Shown here: piece by piece, positions 10,124 to 18,749 of the stretch
Position numbering within the stretch: the stretch's first letter is position 1
Layout of the letters: every line of letters begins with the position of its first letter
Assembly (NCBI GenBank): GCA_903908245.1
Contig: CAIVRE010000022.1
Span: 864-64,863 of the forward strand
Reading direction: 5' to 3'
DNA from: Candidatus Omnitrophota bacterium
Lineage (GTDB): Bacteria; Omnitrophota; Gorgyraeia; Zapsychrales; Fredricksoniimonadaceae
Length of the DNA stretch: 64,000 nt
The notes under the pieces: model-generated
Database searches by the model: none
Told to the model about the DNA's origin: nothing
What the model saw: the letters and a program-made list of their open reading frames with translations, nothing else
Program-made: the position numbers and the translations under genes

Positions 10124-10300
10124 TTATTTTCGGTCGGCTCTTCTTTTGCCGCAGGCTGACCGGACCGTCCTGCGTGATATGCCCAGGGCTTGAGATATCT
10201 CCCGCTGGGACATCCCTAAAGCCTTAAGTTCATTTGCTTTTTCAATGAACCTCTGGTATAAAGGTTGAGATTGAAGTGGCTCAATGATGATCTTTACAGT
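10124..10300 (-). pseudogene. remnant encoding only a serine-recombinase-like (resolvase/invertase) C-terminal HTH
   Basis: The last ~59 codons (MTVKIIIEPLQSQPLYQRFIEKANELKALGMSQREISQALGISRRTVRSAC...) resemble a resolvase/Hin C-terminal HTH. The 5' part of the track ORF (10301-10528) translates to R/P/S-rich low-complexity sequence through a hairpin-rich region, and no catalytic domain is present. Confidence 0.35.
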
Positions 10301-10350
10301 CATTAGGGACGCGGTTCGAATTGGTTGCAGATGCGTCCGAGTTTCTTCCT

Positions 10351-10447
10351 TAAGATTAAAACCCTCTTCCCGTAAGGGGGAGGGTTTTAATCTTATATCA
10401 GAAGAGAAACGAGGACTCCCGTGAGGCTCCGTCCGAACGGGAGTCTC
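10351..10447 (+). other. two tandem very stable hairpins (16-bp stem capped by a ccc-GUAA-ggg mini-stem with GNRA tetraloop, then an 11-bp bulged stem). Possible structured RNA, leader, or recombination-site remnant.
   Basis: Hairpin 1: taagattaaaaccctc / gagggttttaatctta are perfect reverse complements around cccgtaaggg. Hairpin 2: gaggactcccgt...acgggagtctc. Upstream, ggacgc(N21 containing ggttcgaat)gcgtcc. The GNRA loop exists only in plus-strand orientation. Confidence 0.4.
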
Positions 10448-10532
10448 GATTAAAACAGCGAACCTTATCGACGACATGCGAACTTTATTCCGTCTTGAGT
10501 TGTCGTGGGTGTGAGCTTGAGGAGTCAACGTA

Positions 10533-10901
10533 ATGAAATATTTGAGACTGGTTTATTTGTCGATTGGGTTGCTAAGTTTTTTCTGCGGAGTAAATGCCTT
10601 TCTTTTTACGATTCCCAATTTTTATCAGGATTATCTCTTTTTCCATTTTCCTGATCATTTAATCCTATGCGGAGATAATCCTAGGTATGTGAATGAATGG
10701 TGTGAGCTCATCGGAGGGTTTTTCTTGTTTGTTGGGGGTGTACTAGGTGTTTTAATTTCACGAGTGTTTTGGCAAAAGAAATTCTTTAACATTTATAAGA
10801 TGGTTTTCTTAATTCTTTTACTTATCGGGGCTATTTTATTTGTTTCTGGGCTCTTTAAAATATACCGTCCTTTGGAGCCTAATTGTGTTGCTTATCAATA
10901 A
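10533..10901 (+). CDS. small AT-rich integral membrane protein (3-4 TM), unknown function
   Basis: 122 aa, hydrophobic segments, very low GC relative to neighbours. Confidence 0.5.
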   Translation: MKYLRLVYLSIGLLSFFCGVNAFLFTIPNFYQDYLFFHFPDHLILCGDNPRYVNEWCELIGGFFLFVGGVLGVLISRVFWQKKFFNIYKMVFLILLLIGAILFVSGLFKIYRPLEPNCVAYQ

Positions 10902-10924
10902 ATGAAATTATTAATCAATAGGTC

Positions 10925-11010
10925 CATTCAATGATATTCGTCATTCAGCACTTCGTTTGCTGTAAAGTTATATAAGTTGCGTGGCTACAAGCGAGTTCGC
11001 CTGGCGTCAC
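10925..11010 (+). repeat. imperfect direct repeat copy A (~75% identity to 11585-11672)
   Basis: Copy A ...cacttcgtttgctgtaaagttatataagttgcgtggctacaagcgag-ttcgcctggcgtcac aligns to copy B ...tgcttcgctttcggtaaatttttataagtagcgtggtttcaagcatttggcaggttcgcctggcgtcaac. Confidence 0.6.
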
Positions 11011-11058
11011 AATTGCTATCGAATTGATCATGTGTTAATATTTCCGTAGAGGAAACAT

Positions 11059-11319
11059 ATGCCGACAATCAGCGCATTCTTTGGGATTTTTATCCGCATG
11101 TATTTTGATGAGCATTCACCAGCTCATTTTCACGCCTATTATGGCGATCATACGGCTGCTATTGAAATTGCAACACTGCGTGTTATGAAAGGCAAATTGC
11201 CTCAGCGTGTTTTAGGTCTTGTTTTGGAATGGGCTTCTTTGCATAGGGATGAATTGTTGCTAGATTGGTCTCTGGCAGAAAGTCACAAACCTTTGAAGGA
11301 TATTACTCCCTTAGAGTAA
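11059..11319 (+). CDS. DUF4160-family protein
   Basis: HSPAHFHAYYGDH matches the DUF4160 HxPPHFH signature. RBS GAGGAAA. Confidence 0.7.
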   Translation: MPTISAFFGIFIRMYFDEHSPAHFHAYYGDHTAAIEIATLRVMKGKLPQRVLGLVLEWASLHRDELLLDWSLAESHKPLKDITPLE

Positions 11320-11329
11320 TGGAGGGCAT

Positions 11330-11575
11330 ATGGAAAAGGTAACGCAAGTTAAAGTTTTGGATGGTTATCGTTTGGAAATATCCTTTGATGACGGAGTTCA
11401 TGGGGTTGTTTCTTTATCTGATCGTCTTTTTGGTCCTGTTTTTGAACCGCTTAAGGATTTGAAACTTTTTGCGCAGGCTCGGGTTGATGAATTCGGCGTT
11501 GTGGCTTGGCCTAATGGCGCCGATTTAGCCCCTGACGCTCTTTATGAAAGTTTTCAGACATCAAAGGTCAATTGA
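11330..11575 (+). CDS. DUF2442-family protein (usual partner of DUF4160)
   Basis: 81 aa. The block VKVLDGYRLEISFDDG...DLAPDALYE is typical of DUF2442. 10-nt spacing from the upstream DUF4160 gene. RBS GGAGGG. Confidence 0.65.
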   Translation: MEKVTQVKVLDGYRLEISFDDGVHGVVSLSDRLFGPVFEPLKDLKLFAQARVDEFGVVAWPNGADLAPDALYESFQTSKVN

Positions 11576-11584
11576 TTGGTTCGC

Positions 11585-11672
11585 CTAGTGATATTTGCCA
11601 TCCAGTGCTTCGCTTTCGGTAAATTTTTATAAGTAGCGTGGTTTCAAGCATTTGGCAGGTTCGCCTGGCGTC
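11585..11672 (+). repeat. imperfect direct repeat copy B (pairs with 10925-11010)
   Basis: See copy A. The two copies bracket the DUF4160/DUF2442 pair. Confidence 0.6.
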
Positions 11673-11722
11673 AACGACTACCCGTTTTCTATTATCCCGT
11701 TGGAATATGATGGGAGATAAGT

Positions 11723-11758
11723 AAGGCCCTGATCAGGATAACTGCGCAGGGCCTTTTT
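11723..11758 (+). terminator. Rho-independent terminator
   Basis: aaggccctg atcaggataactgcg cagggcct followed by TTTTT. Confidence 0.65.
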
Positions 11759-11901
11759 AATGAAGAATGATAAGTGGAAGGGGACTTCGTCCTTTGATCA
11801 AGCAGGCACTCAGTCTCCGTCGGATACCGAGGGTTTTTTCTTGCCTTTTCCCGACTCACCGATTACTATGAGTTTCAAGCAACTTTGTACGGGAGGATCA
11901 T

Positions 11902-13608
11902 ATGATCGGAATTGGATCACAGATTCGCGATAGGCGTCCCCGCCTGTTCCAGGGGCTACTTCCTATAAAAAATTCGGGAATATCGGCCGAAGTGATCGCG
12001 GGGATCACTTTGGCAGCCCTTGCGGTTCCCGAAGTGATGGGCTATACCAAGATCTCTGGTACGCCGGTGATCACCGGTTTATATACTTTACTTATTCCCA
12101 TGATTTTATATGCCATCTTCGGTTCCTCCCGACATTTAGTTGTCGGGGCGGACTCGGCAACTGCGGCTATTCTTGCGGCGGGATTGGCCGGGATAGCGAT
12201 AACAGGGTCTCATGAGTATCTGGCGCTTGCCGGAGTTCTGGCGTTAATGTCCGCTGGCTTATTGATCGTCGCACGTGTTATCGGACTTGGTTTTATGGCG
12301 GATTTCCTTTCGCGGACCGTGCTCATCGGATTCTTGACCGGGGTTGGTTTTCAAGTCGCTTTGCGAGCGATCCCAGGCATGCTGGGCCTTCCAGAAGGCG
12401 GGCACGACCTGATTGACAAGATCGTGAACACTTTGCATCAGATCGGCCAGATGAATTTCTACGACCTGGCGATATCGGTTATTGTGATCGGAGTCATTAT
12501 TGGATCAGAGAAGATGTCCCCAAAGATCCCCGGGGCTCTCATTGCCGTGATTGGTGCCATCGTTGTCAGTTGGGCATTTAATCTCAAAGTTTACGGTGTT
12601 CATACGCTGGGGGATGTTCCACAAGGACTGCCTTGGATCGGCTTGCCAGATGTTCATTGGTCTTATGCCCTTGTTCTGAAGATGCTTCCGACGGCCTTTT
12701 CAATGGTTGTTGTCATTTTGGCCCAAAGTGCTGCGACCTCGCGGGCTTATGCGGCGCGATACAATGAACCATTTAACGAGAATGTCGATCTGATCGGTCT
12801 CGGCCTGGCCAATGCAGGCGCAGCATTATCCGGGACGTTTGTTGTGAACGGAAGTCCAACCAAGACCCAGATGGTTGATAGTGCTGGCGGCCGCAGTCAG
12901 CTGGCCCAGGTCATAACGAGCCTGATCGTCCTTCTGGTCCTGTTGTTTTTTACAGGGCCACTGACTTATATGCCCAGCGCTGTCCTTTCTGCGGTGGTTT
13001 TTCTTATTGGCTTGCAGCTGGTAGATATCCAGGGGATGCACAAGGTCTGGCGACAGCGTCCACCCGAGTTTTGGGTAGCGCTGGTCACGGCCGTTGTGGT
13101 CGTCCTGGTCGGTGTTGAGCAGGGGATCGTTACCGCCATGGTGCTTTCTTTGATGGAGCATGTACGACGCAGCTACCGGTCGAAGAATGTCGTGCTGGTG
13201 CTCGACAAGGCGACAGGTGTCGGGCGGCTTTTGCCGGTGACTACGCCGGAGCAGATCGAGCCTGGGCTTTTGGTGTACCGGTTCGCCCACACGATGTACT
13301 ATGCCAATGCTCAACAACTGTTTGAGGAGGTCATCAGCCTTGCTGAAGGAGCACGGCCCGTTCTGTCCTGTTTTTGCGTTGACGCATCAGCGGTTGCTGA
13401 TGTGGATTTCTCGGCAGCAGAAACTTTACGCGAAATCCATGGGGTTCTGAAGACCCGGGGGATCCGGCTTGTTTGGGCGAATGTCATTGCCCCCTTAAAG
13501 GCTGAGTTCGACAGGTACGAACTCATTGGGTTGTTTGGCAAAGATGCGTTTTACGATAACATCAGTGATGTTGTGGATTCTTATCTCAGATATGAGAGGC
13601 CCAATTAG
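11902..13608 (+). CDS. SulP-family anion transporter with C-terminal STAS domain
   Basis: 568 aa. N-terminal SulP signature region (AGITLAALAVPEVMGYTKISG). ~11 TM segments. C-terminal STAS-like domain. Confidence 0.8.
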   Translation: MIGIGSQIRDRRPRLFQGLLPIKNSGISAEVIAGITLAALAVPEVMGYTKISGTPVITGLYTLLIPMILYAIFGSSRHLVVGADSATAAILAAGLAGIAITGSHEYLALAGVLALMSAGLLIVARVIGLGFMADFLSRTVLIGFLTGVGFQVALRAIPGMLGLPEGGHDLIDKIVNTLHQIGQMNFYDLAISVIVIGVIIGSEKMSPKIPGALIAVIGAIVVSWAFNLKVYGVHTLGDVPQGLPWIGLPDVHWSYALVLKMLPTAFSMVVVILAQSAATSRAYAARYNEPFNENVDLIGLGLANAGAALSGTFVVNGSPTKTQMVDSAGGRSQLAQVITSLIVLLVLLFFTGPLTYMPSAVLSAVVFLIGLQLVDIQGMHKVWRQRPPEFWVALVTAVVVVLVGVEQGIVTAMVLSLMEHVRRSYRSKNVVLVLDKATGVGRLLPVTTPEQIEPGLLVYRFAHTMYYANAQQLFEEVISLAEGARPVLSCFCVDASAVADVDFSAAETLREIHGVLKTRGIRLVWANVIAPLKAEFDRYELIGLFGKDAFYDNISDVVDSYLRYERPN

Positions 13609-13632
13609 GAAGGTCATGGAGATCCAGGAGGA

Positions 13633-14010
13633 ATGAAAATGGCCAAAAAAATCAAAACGACATGGTTGAGCAAATCAGAGGATCATGACTATCCGGCGGC
13701 CATGTCTTATTTAGGACTGTTGTATGATGAAAAAACATTGGCTATGAAGGTGAAAAAGTTGCGGCAGGCACATATGTCTTATTTTAAAGCAAAGGACATT
13801 CTCAGGGCGTCAGGGTCGCCTTTATTAAGTGTAAACAATTTTCACGTTAAGAAAGACCAGGAGAAGATATTGTCGAGGAAAAAGTTGTCTCCCCTGCTTC
13901 TTGTCCGTGATACAAAGAATGGGAAACTGGTCATCGCGGATGGTTATCATCGCATGTGTGCTGTTTATTTTTATGATGAGGACGCCGTGATCCCGTGCAA
14001 AATTATATAA
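13633..14010 (+). CDS. hypothetical 125-aa protein between the two SulP genes
   Basis: Good RBS (AGGAGG). No recognisable motif. Confidence 0.4.
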   Translation: MKMAKKIKTTWLSKSEDHDYPAAMSYLGLLYDEKTLAMKVKKLRQAHMSYFKAKDILRASGSPLLSVNNFHVKKDQEKILSRKKLSPLLLVRDTKNGKLVIADGYHRMCAVYFYDEDAVIPCKII

Positions 14011-14198
14011 AGAAGCGGGCAGATCAACTTAAAGGTCAAGAAGCCTTTCATCGGATCGATGGAAGGCTTCTTTATTTCAAAGAGAGAAGGGCGGGATGGG
14101 CCGGGAGGATTATGAAGTAAGTATTTACATATGTTGGAATGGACATATAATAAAAAATCAATCCGATCTCCGTCAATTTTTCAACTAGAAAGCTGTTT

Positions 14199-15854
14199 AT
14201 GTTCGCGCCAAAGCTGGTTACCTGTCTTAAAGATTACTCCAGGGAGAAATTTGTTGCGGATTGCATCGCCGGCTTTATTGTCGGTGTGGTGGCCATTCCG
14301 CTGGCGGTCGCTTTTGCCATTGCTTCAGGTGTTTCGCCGGATAAGGGCCTTTTTACAGCGATCATTGCGGGTTTCTTCGTTTCTGCTTTGGGCGGGAGCC
14401 GTGTGCAGATCGGCGGGCCGACAGGGGCTTTTGTTGTTATTGTTTACGGGATCGTGCAGAAATACGGGATCGATGGCCTGGTCATTGCGACATTGATGGC
14501 AGGGATATTGCTTGTGATCATGGGCCTGGCGAAATTCGGGACGGCGGTCAAGTTTGTTCCTCATTCCGTTATAGTGGGGTTCACCAGCGGCATTGCGGTC
14601 ATTATTTTTTCGTCCCAGGTTAAGGATTTTCTCGGCCTCAACGTCGATAAAGTTCCGGCGGAGTTCATCGGGAAATGGCGTGTTTTTATTGAGCATTTTA
14701 ACACGCTTAATTATGATGCATTGGCTCTGGGGCTTTTGACGGTCCTTATTATTGTTATATCACCTAGGCTTGTCAGGCGGATACCGGGGGCGCTCATTGC
14801 CTTGATCGCAGTTTCGTCCTTGTCCGCTTTTCTTTGTATCCCTGTTGAAACGGTCGGCAGCCGTTTCGGGGAATTACCGCATACACTTCCCATGCCGCAT
14901 TTTCCGGCCTTAAGCTTTGCCAGGATCCGGGAGCTTTTTCAGCCGGCGGTGACTATCGCTCTTTTGGGAGCGATCGAGTCTTTACTGTCGGCTATTGTGG
15001 CTGACGGGATGATCGGTGCCAGGCATCGGTCCAATACGGAACTTGTCGGTCAGGGGGTTGCGAATATCGCTTCTGCGCTTTTTGGCGGTATCCCGGCCAC
15101 AGGAGCTATTGCCCGGACGGTGACGAATGTCAAGAACGGCGGAAGAACTCCTGTTGCCGGCATGGTCCACGCGGTCACGGTCCTTTTGATCATGTTCTTT
15201 TTAGGGGGGTTGATCAAATTTGTCCCGTTGGCGTGTTTGGCAGGTATCCTGGTTGTGGTCGCTTATCATATGAGCGAGTGGCGGTCGTTCGGCGCGCTTC
15301 TGCACTGGTCTAACGGCGGCCGGATGGTCCTTTTGGCCACATTTTTTCTGACGGTTTTTGTGGACCTGAATGCCGCGATCGAGGTCGGTGTAGTGTTGTC
15401 TGCGTTCATCTTTATGAAACGGATGTCGGATGCCACGAATATCAAGGTATTCGCCAAGGAGTTTGCGGATGATGACGCAGGGGAGGATCGGGTCTTATCG
15501 TCGTTCGTTATTCCGCCCCGTGTCGAGGTTTACGAGATAAACGGGCCGTTGTTCTTCGGAGCCGCCAACCGCTTTGATGAAGCGGACCGGGAGGTGAGTT
15601 TAAGGCCGAAAGTTCGTATCCTGCGTTTTCGTGATGTCCCGCTCATCGATTCCACCGGGATGCATGCCCTTAAGAGTTTTTATGAGAAAAGCAAACGGGA
15701 GAATATTTCTCTTATCATCACCGGCCTTCATGTCCAGCCTCTCAATGAAATGGTCAAGGCCAGTCTTTACGAGCTTATAGGAGAGGAGAATGTTTTCTCC
15801 GGCATGAAAGACGCGATCAGACGGGCAGAAGAGCTCTTAAAACAAAAGAATTAG
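14199..15854 (+). CDS. SulP-family anion transporter (DauA/BicA-like) with STAS domain
   Basis: 551 aa. Blocks FVADCIAGFIVGVVAIPLAVAFAIASG and GGPTGAFVVIV typical of SulP. C-terminal STAS. Confidence 0.8.
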   Translation: MFAPKLVTCLKDYSREKFVADCIAGFIVGVVAIPLAVAFAIASGVSPDKGLFTAIIAGFFVSALGGSRVQIGGPTGAFVVIVYGIVQKYGIDGLVIATLMAGILLVIMGLAKFGTAVKFVPHSVIVGFTSGIAVIIFSSQVKDFLGLNVDKVPAEFIGKWRVFIEHFNTLNYDALALGLLTVLIIVISPRLVRRIPGALIALIAVSSLSAFLCIPVETVGSRFGELPHTLPMPHFPALSFARIRELFQPAVTIALLGAIESLLSAIVADGMIGARHRSNTELVGQGVANIASALFGGIPATGAIARTVTNVKNGGRTPVAGMVHAVTVLLIMFFLGGLIKFVPLACLAGILVVVAYHMSEWRSFGALLHWSNGGRMVLLATFFLTVFVDLNAAIEVGVVLSAFIFMKRMSDATNIKVFAKEFADDDAGEDRVLSSFVIPPRVEVYEINGPLFFGAANRFDEADREVSLRPKVRILRFRDVPLIDSTGMHALKSFYEKSKRENISLIITGLHVQPLNEMVKASLYELIGEENVFSGMKDAIRRAEELLKQKN

Positions 15855-15884
15855 GGCCAGGGCATTCTTGTTCAGAAAGGTTTT

Positions 15885-16220
15885 ATGAAGAAGATCGATG
15901 ACATGGTTTTCAAGATCAAGGCGGATTTTTTAAAAGCGCTGGCACATCCTGTCCGCCTTCAGATCATTGAATATCTCAAGAACGGGGAGGCCAGTGTTGG
16001 CAAGCTGGTGCAGGAACTGGGAGTGGAACAGTCGAGCCTTTCGCGTCATTTGGGTATTCTAAGGGACTTGGGGGTGCTGGAAGCCCGTCCGGAAAAGACG
16101 AATGTGTATTATAATCTTCATGACCATGATATTTTGAAGGTCCTGCGGCCTATCGCGGAGCTTCTTCGAAAGAAATTGAGACGCAGTGAGAAACTTTTAG
16201 AAAGCCTTGGGAAAGAGTAG
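15885..16220 (+). CDS. ArsR/SmtB-family transcriptional regulator
   Basis: LAHPVRLQIIEYL...SVGKLVQELGVEQSSLSRHLGILRDLGVL is a winged-HTH ArsR signature. Confidence 0.8.
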   Translation: MKKIDDMVFKIKADFLKALAHPVRLQIIEYLKNGEASVGKLVQELGVEQSSLSRHLGILRDLGVLEARPEKTNVYYNLHDHDILKVLRPIAELLRKKLRRSEKLLESLGKE

Positions 16221-16908
16221 CGGCTGTATGCAATTGACCTTTCGTGATATAGAGCTCGCGTTTGAGATCAACGAGAAGATCCTTTATCAATGGCTTAATA
16301 CCCTGGGGTTACCGGCGGTCAAGGCCAATGACCAGTATTATTTTAATTCCGTCGAGGTATTGGAGTGGGCGCTTAAGAACCAGATCCCTTTGACCTCCGG
16401 TGCGCTTAAGCTTTGTGAAAAGAGCCGGCCTGGCGTGGATATTTTTATGCCGGCGCTTGTGCGCGGGGGGGTGTATTCCGGGATATCCGGGGCCGCGCGA
16501 GAGGAAGTCCTTGAGAATGTCTTGAAAATATTGCCATTGCCCGGGAATATTGACCGCGTTGCCTTGAAGGAAATACTATTGTCCCGTGAACAGACGGGGA
16601 CCACCGGTATCGGCAATGGCATTGCCATTCCACATGTTAAGCATCCTGTTATTCTGGCCGGGCTCGAGCCGGTGGTGGGGTTATTCTTCCTGGAGGGCTC
16701 GGTTGATTTTGCCGCTTTTGACGGTCAACGGGTCCATACATTGTTCGTGATATTGACCGGTTCGTTCAAAGGGCATTTATCGTTATTGTCCCGTCTGGCT
16801 TTTTGTTTGCAGGAGGAAAGCGTTAAGGCTGTCCTTGGCCGTCGGGCAAGTCGTGAAGAGATCCTCGCGGCATTTCAGGTCGCGGAATCCAAGATCGTCC
16901 GGGTTTGA
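16207..16908 (+). CDS. HTH-domain / PTS EIIA(Ntr)-type fusion regulator
   Basis: C-terminal PTS EIIA-2 domain with active-site block GNGIAIPHVKH. N-terminal ~60 aa MerR/excisionase-like HTH. The start overlaps the ArsR stop and the stop overlaps the next gene. Start could instead be the internal Met (MQLTF...). Confidence 0.65.
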   Translation: MGKSSGCMQLTFRDIELAFEINEKILYQWLNTLGLPAVKANDQYYFNSVEVLEWALKNQIPLTSGALKLCEKSRPGVDIFMPALVRGGVYSGISGAAREEVLENVLKILPLPGNIDRVALKEILLSREQTGTTGIGNGIAIPHVKHPVILAGLEPVVGLFFLEGSVDFAAFDGQRVHTLFVILTGSFKGHLSLLSRLAFCLQEESVKAVLGRRASREEILAAFQVAESKIVRV

Positions 16909-18749
16909 TCATAATGAAAAATATCTTTCAAATGACATGGCAGGTCCCTTTCGGGGAGTTCGTGCTCAAGCTTGATCCGTTGAGCCTGGTTTTTCTTCTG
17001 GCTGTGACCATCCTTCTTTTGTGCGCCGGCGTTTATGCGGTAGGGTATATGCGGCCATATCAAGGAAAAAAGCCGCTGCTTCCTCATATTTTCTTCTATT
17101 TGTTGTTTGCATTTTCTTTGGTCCTTATCGTTACTGCCAACAATGTGATCCTTTTTCTGGGCGCTTGGGAAACGATGACGATCTCCACGTATTTTCTTAT
17201 TATTTTCTTTGACGAAAAAGAATCGGTGCGAAAGGCGGGTTTTCTTTATTTGATCGCGTCGCATTGCGCGACATTTTGCCTTTTTCTGATGTTTTTTCTG
17301 ATGGCGCACGCGGCCGGGTCGATGAATTTTGATATGATCGCGCGGGCAAGTTTCCCGCCGGTCCTGTCCGGGACCATTTTCCTGCTGGCTTTGGCCGGTT
17401 TTGGAGTGAAGGCGGGTTTTCTTCCGTCACATATATGGCTGCCGTATGCACATCCGGCCGCACCTTCCCATATTTCCGCGCTTCTTTCGGGAGTTGCGAT
17501 CAAGATGGGGATCTACGGGATCTGCCGTGTGTTATGGATCATGGATATCCTTCCGGACTGGTGCGGCTACCTGCTGGTCGTGATCGGTGTTATTTGCGGG
17601 ATCATGGGGGTCCTGTATGCGCTGGGACAGCATGAGTTGAAGAAATTGCTGGCGTATCACAGTATTGAGAATATCGGCATTATTGCGATCGGGCTTGGGG
17701 TCGGGTTATTGGGGCGTAGTTATCATCTGCCTTTTCTGGCGGTCCTGGGGTTTGGCGGCGGGTTGTTGCATGTGCTCAATCATTCTCTTTTTAAAGGCCT
17801 TTTGTTCCTGGCAGCGGGATCCGTGATCCAAAAGACACATTCCGGTGAAATAGACAAGCTGGGAGGGGTGGCGAAAGCCATGCCGGTGACGAGTGTGTTG
17901 TTCCTGGTCGGGGCTTTGTCCATTTGCGGGCTGCCGTTATTCAACGGGTTTATTAGTGAGTTTATTGTTTTTTTCGGGCTTTTTCAGGGGATGTTCACTT
18001 TGCCTTTATCGGGGGTGATCTTTTGTGTATGGGGGATACTCTCTTTGGCCTTGATGGGAGCGCTGGCGCTGGCTTGTTTCAGTAAAGTGTACGGGGCGGT
18101 TTTTTCCGGGCAGCCGCGTTCGATCTTGGAAGGGCTTGAAGATCCTGCAGGGAAAGGCGAGTCGACTTCCAAATGGATGTTGATCCCTATGATCGTCCTT
18201 GCGGGCGTATGTGTCTGGATCGGGCTTGCGCCAAGGGCGATGGCGATGTTTACTTTTCTGGGTGGGGCATACTTGACGCATGTTGAACTTTCCATGGTCG
18301 ATCTCGGGCAGGTTTTTATTCCGTTGACAATGGTCATAGGGGTCCTTCTTTTGTTTATCGCGCTTATTATGGGGTTGATCGTGATCCGCCGTCTTCTTCT
18401 GGGGGCTGAGTCAACTCCTGTCCGGGAAGCGTGGGGCTGCGGTTTTACCCGGGTTTCCGCGCGCTCGCAGTATACGGCTTCTTCTTTTGCCCGGATGATC
18501 CTGGATTTTGTTAAGAACCTTCTGTTCTTTCGTCGTGAAGGGGGAATGGTGGAGGGTATTTTTCCGGTGAAGGTCCGCCTGGAGTCTTCGGTCCGGGATG
18601 TTGCTGAAGAAAAGGGATTCCGCCCTTTGTTGACCGGATTGACTTTATTATCCAGAAAGATCGATGCCGGACGGGTGCACTATACTCAAATGTACCTGAT
18701 GTATATTTTTCTGTTCTTGATCTTTTTACTGGTATGGAAACTGAAATGA
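16905..18749 (+). CDS. NuoL/MnhA/HyfB-like antiporter-type membrane subunit
   Basis: 614 aa polytopic. WLPYAHPAAPSHISALLSG matches the NuoL/MrpA WLPDAMEGPTPVSALIH block. Confidence 0.8.
   Translation: MIIMKNIFQMTWQVPFGEFVLKLDPLSLVFLLAVTILLLCAGVYAVGYMRPYQGKKPLLPHIFFYLLFAFSLVLIVTANNVILFLGAWETMTISTYFLIIFFDEKESVRKAGFLYLIASHCATFCLFLMFFLMAHAAGSMNFDMIARASFPPVLSGTIFLLALAGFGVKAGFLPSHIWLPYAHPAAPSHISALLSGVAIKMGIYGICRVLWIMDILPDWCGYLLVVIGVICGIMGVLYALGQHELKKLLAYHSIENIGIIAIGLGVGLLGRSYHLPFLAVLGFGGGLLHVLNHSLFKGLLFLAAGSVIQKTHSGEIDKLGGVAKAMPVTSVLFLVGALSICGLPLFNGFISEFIVFFGLFQGMFTLPLSGVIFCVWGILSLALMGALALACFSKVYGAVFSGQPRSILEGLEDPAGKGESTSKWMLIPMIVLAGVCVWIGLAPRAMAMFTFLGGAYLTHVELSMVDLGQVFIPLTMVIGVLLLFIALIMGLIVIRRLLLGAESTPVREAWGCGFTRVSARSQYTASSFARMILDFVKNLLFFRREGGMVEGIFPVKVRLESSVRDVAEEKGFRPLLTGLTLLSRKIDAGRVHYTQMYLMYIFLFLIFLLVWKLK

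Noticed and set aside
10124-10528. Full 134-aa minus-strand ORF as a real protein
   Set aside because: Only the C-terminal ~59 residues look protein-like. The N-terminal part is R/P/S/T-rich translation through a hairpin-dense region, so it was called a remnant instead.
10925-11672. Calling the flanking repeats integron attC sites
   Set aside because: I could not find convincing R''/L''/L'/R' boxes or an intI gene. They are reported only as cassette-like direct repeats.
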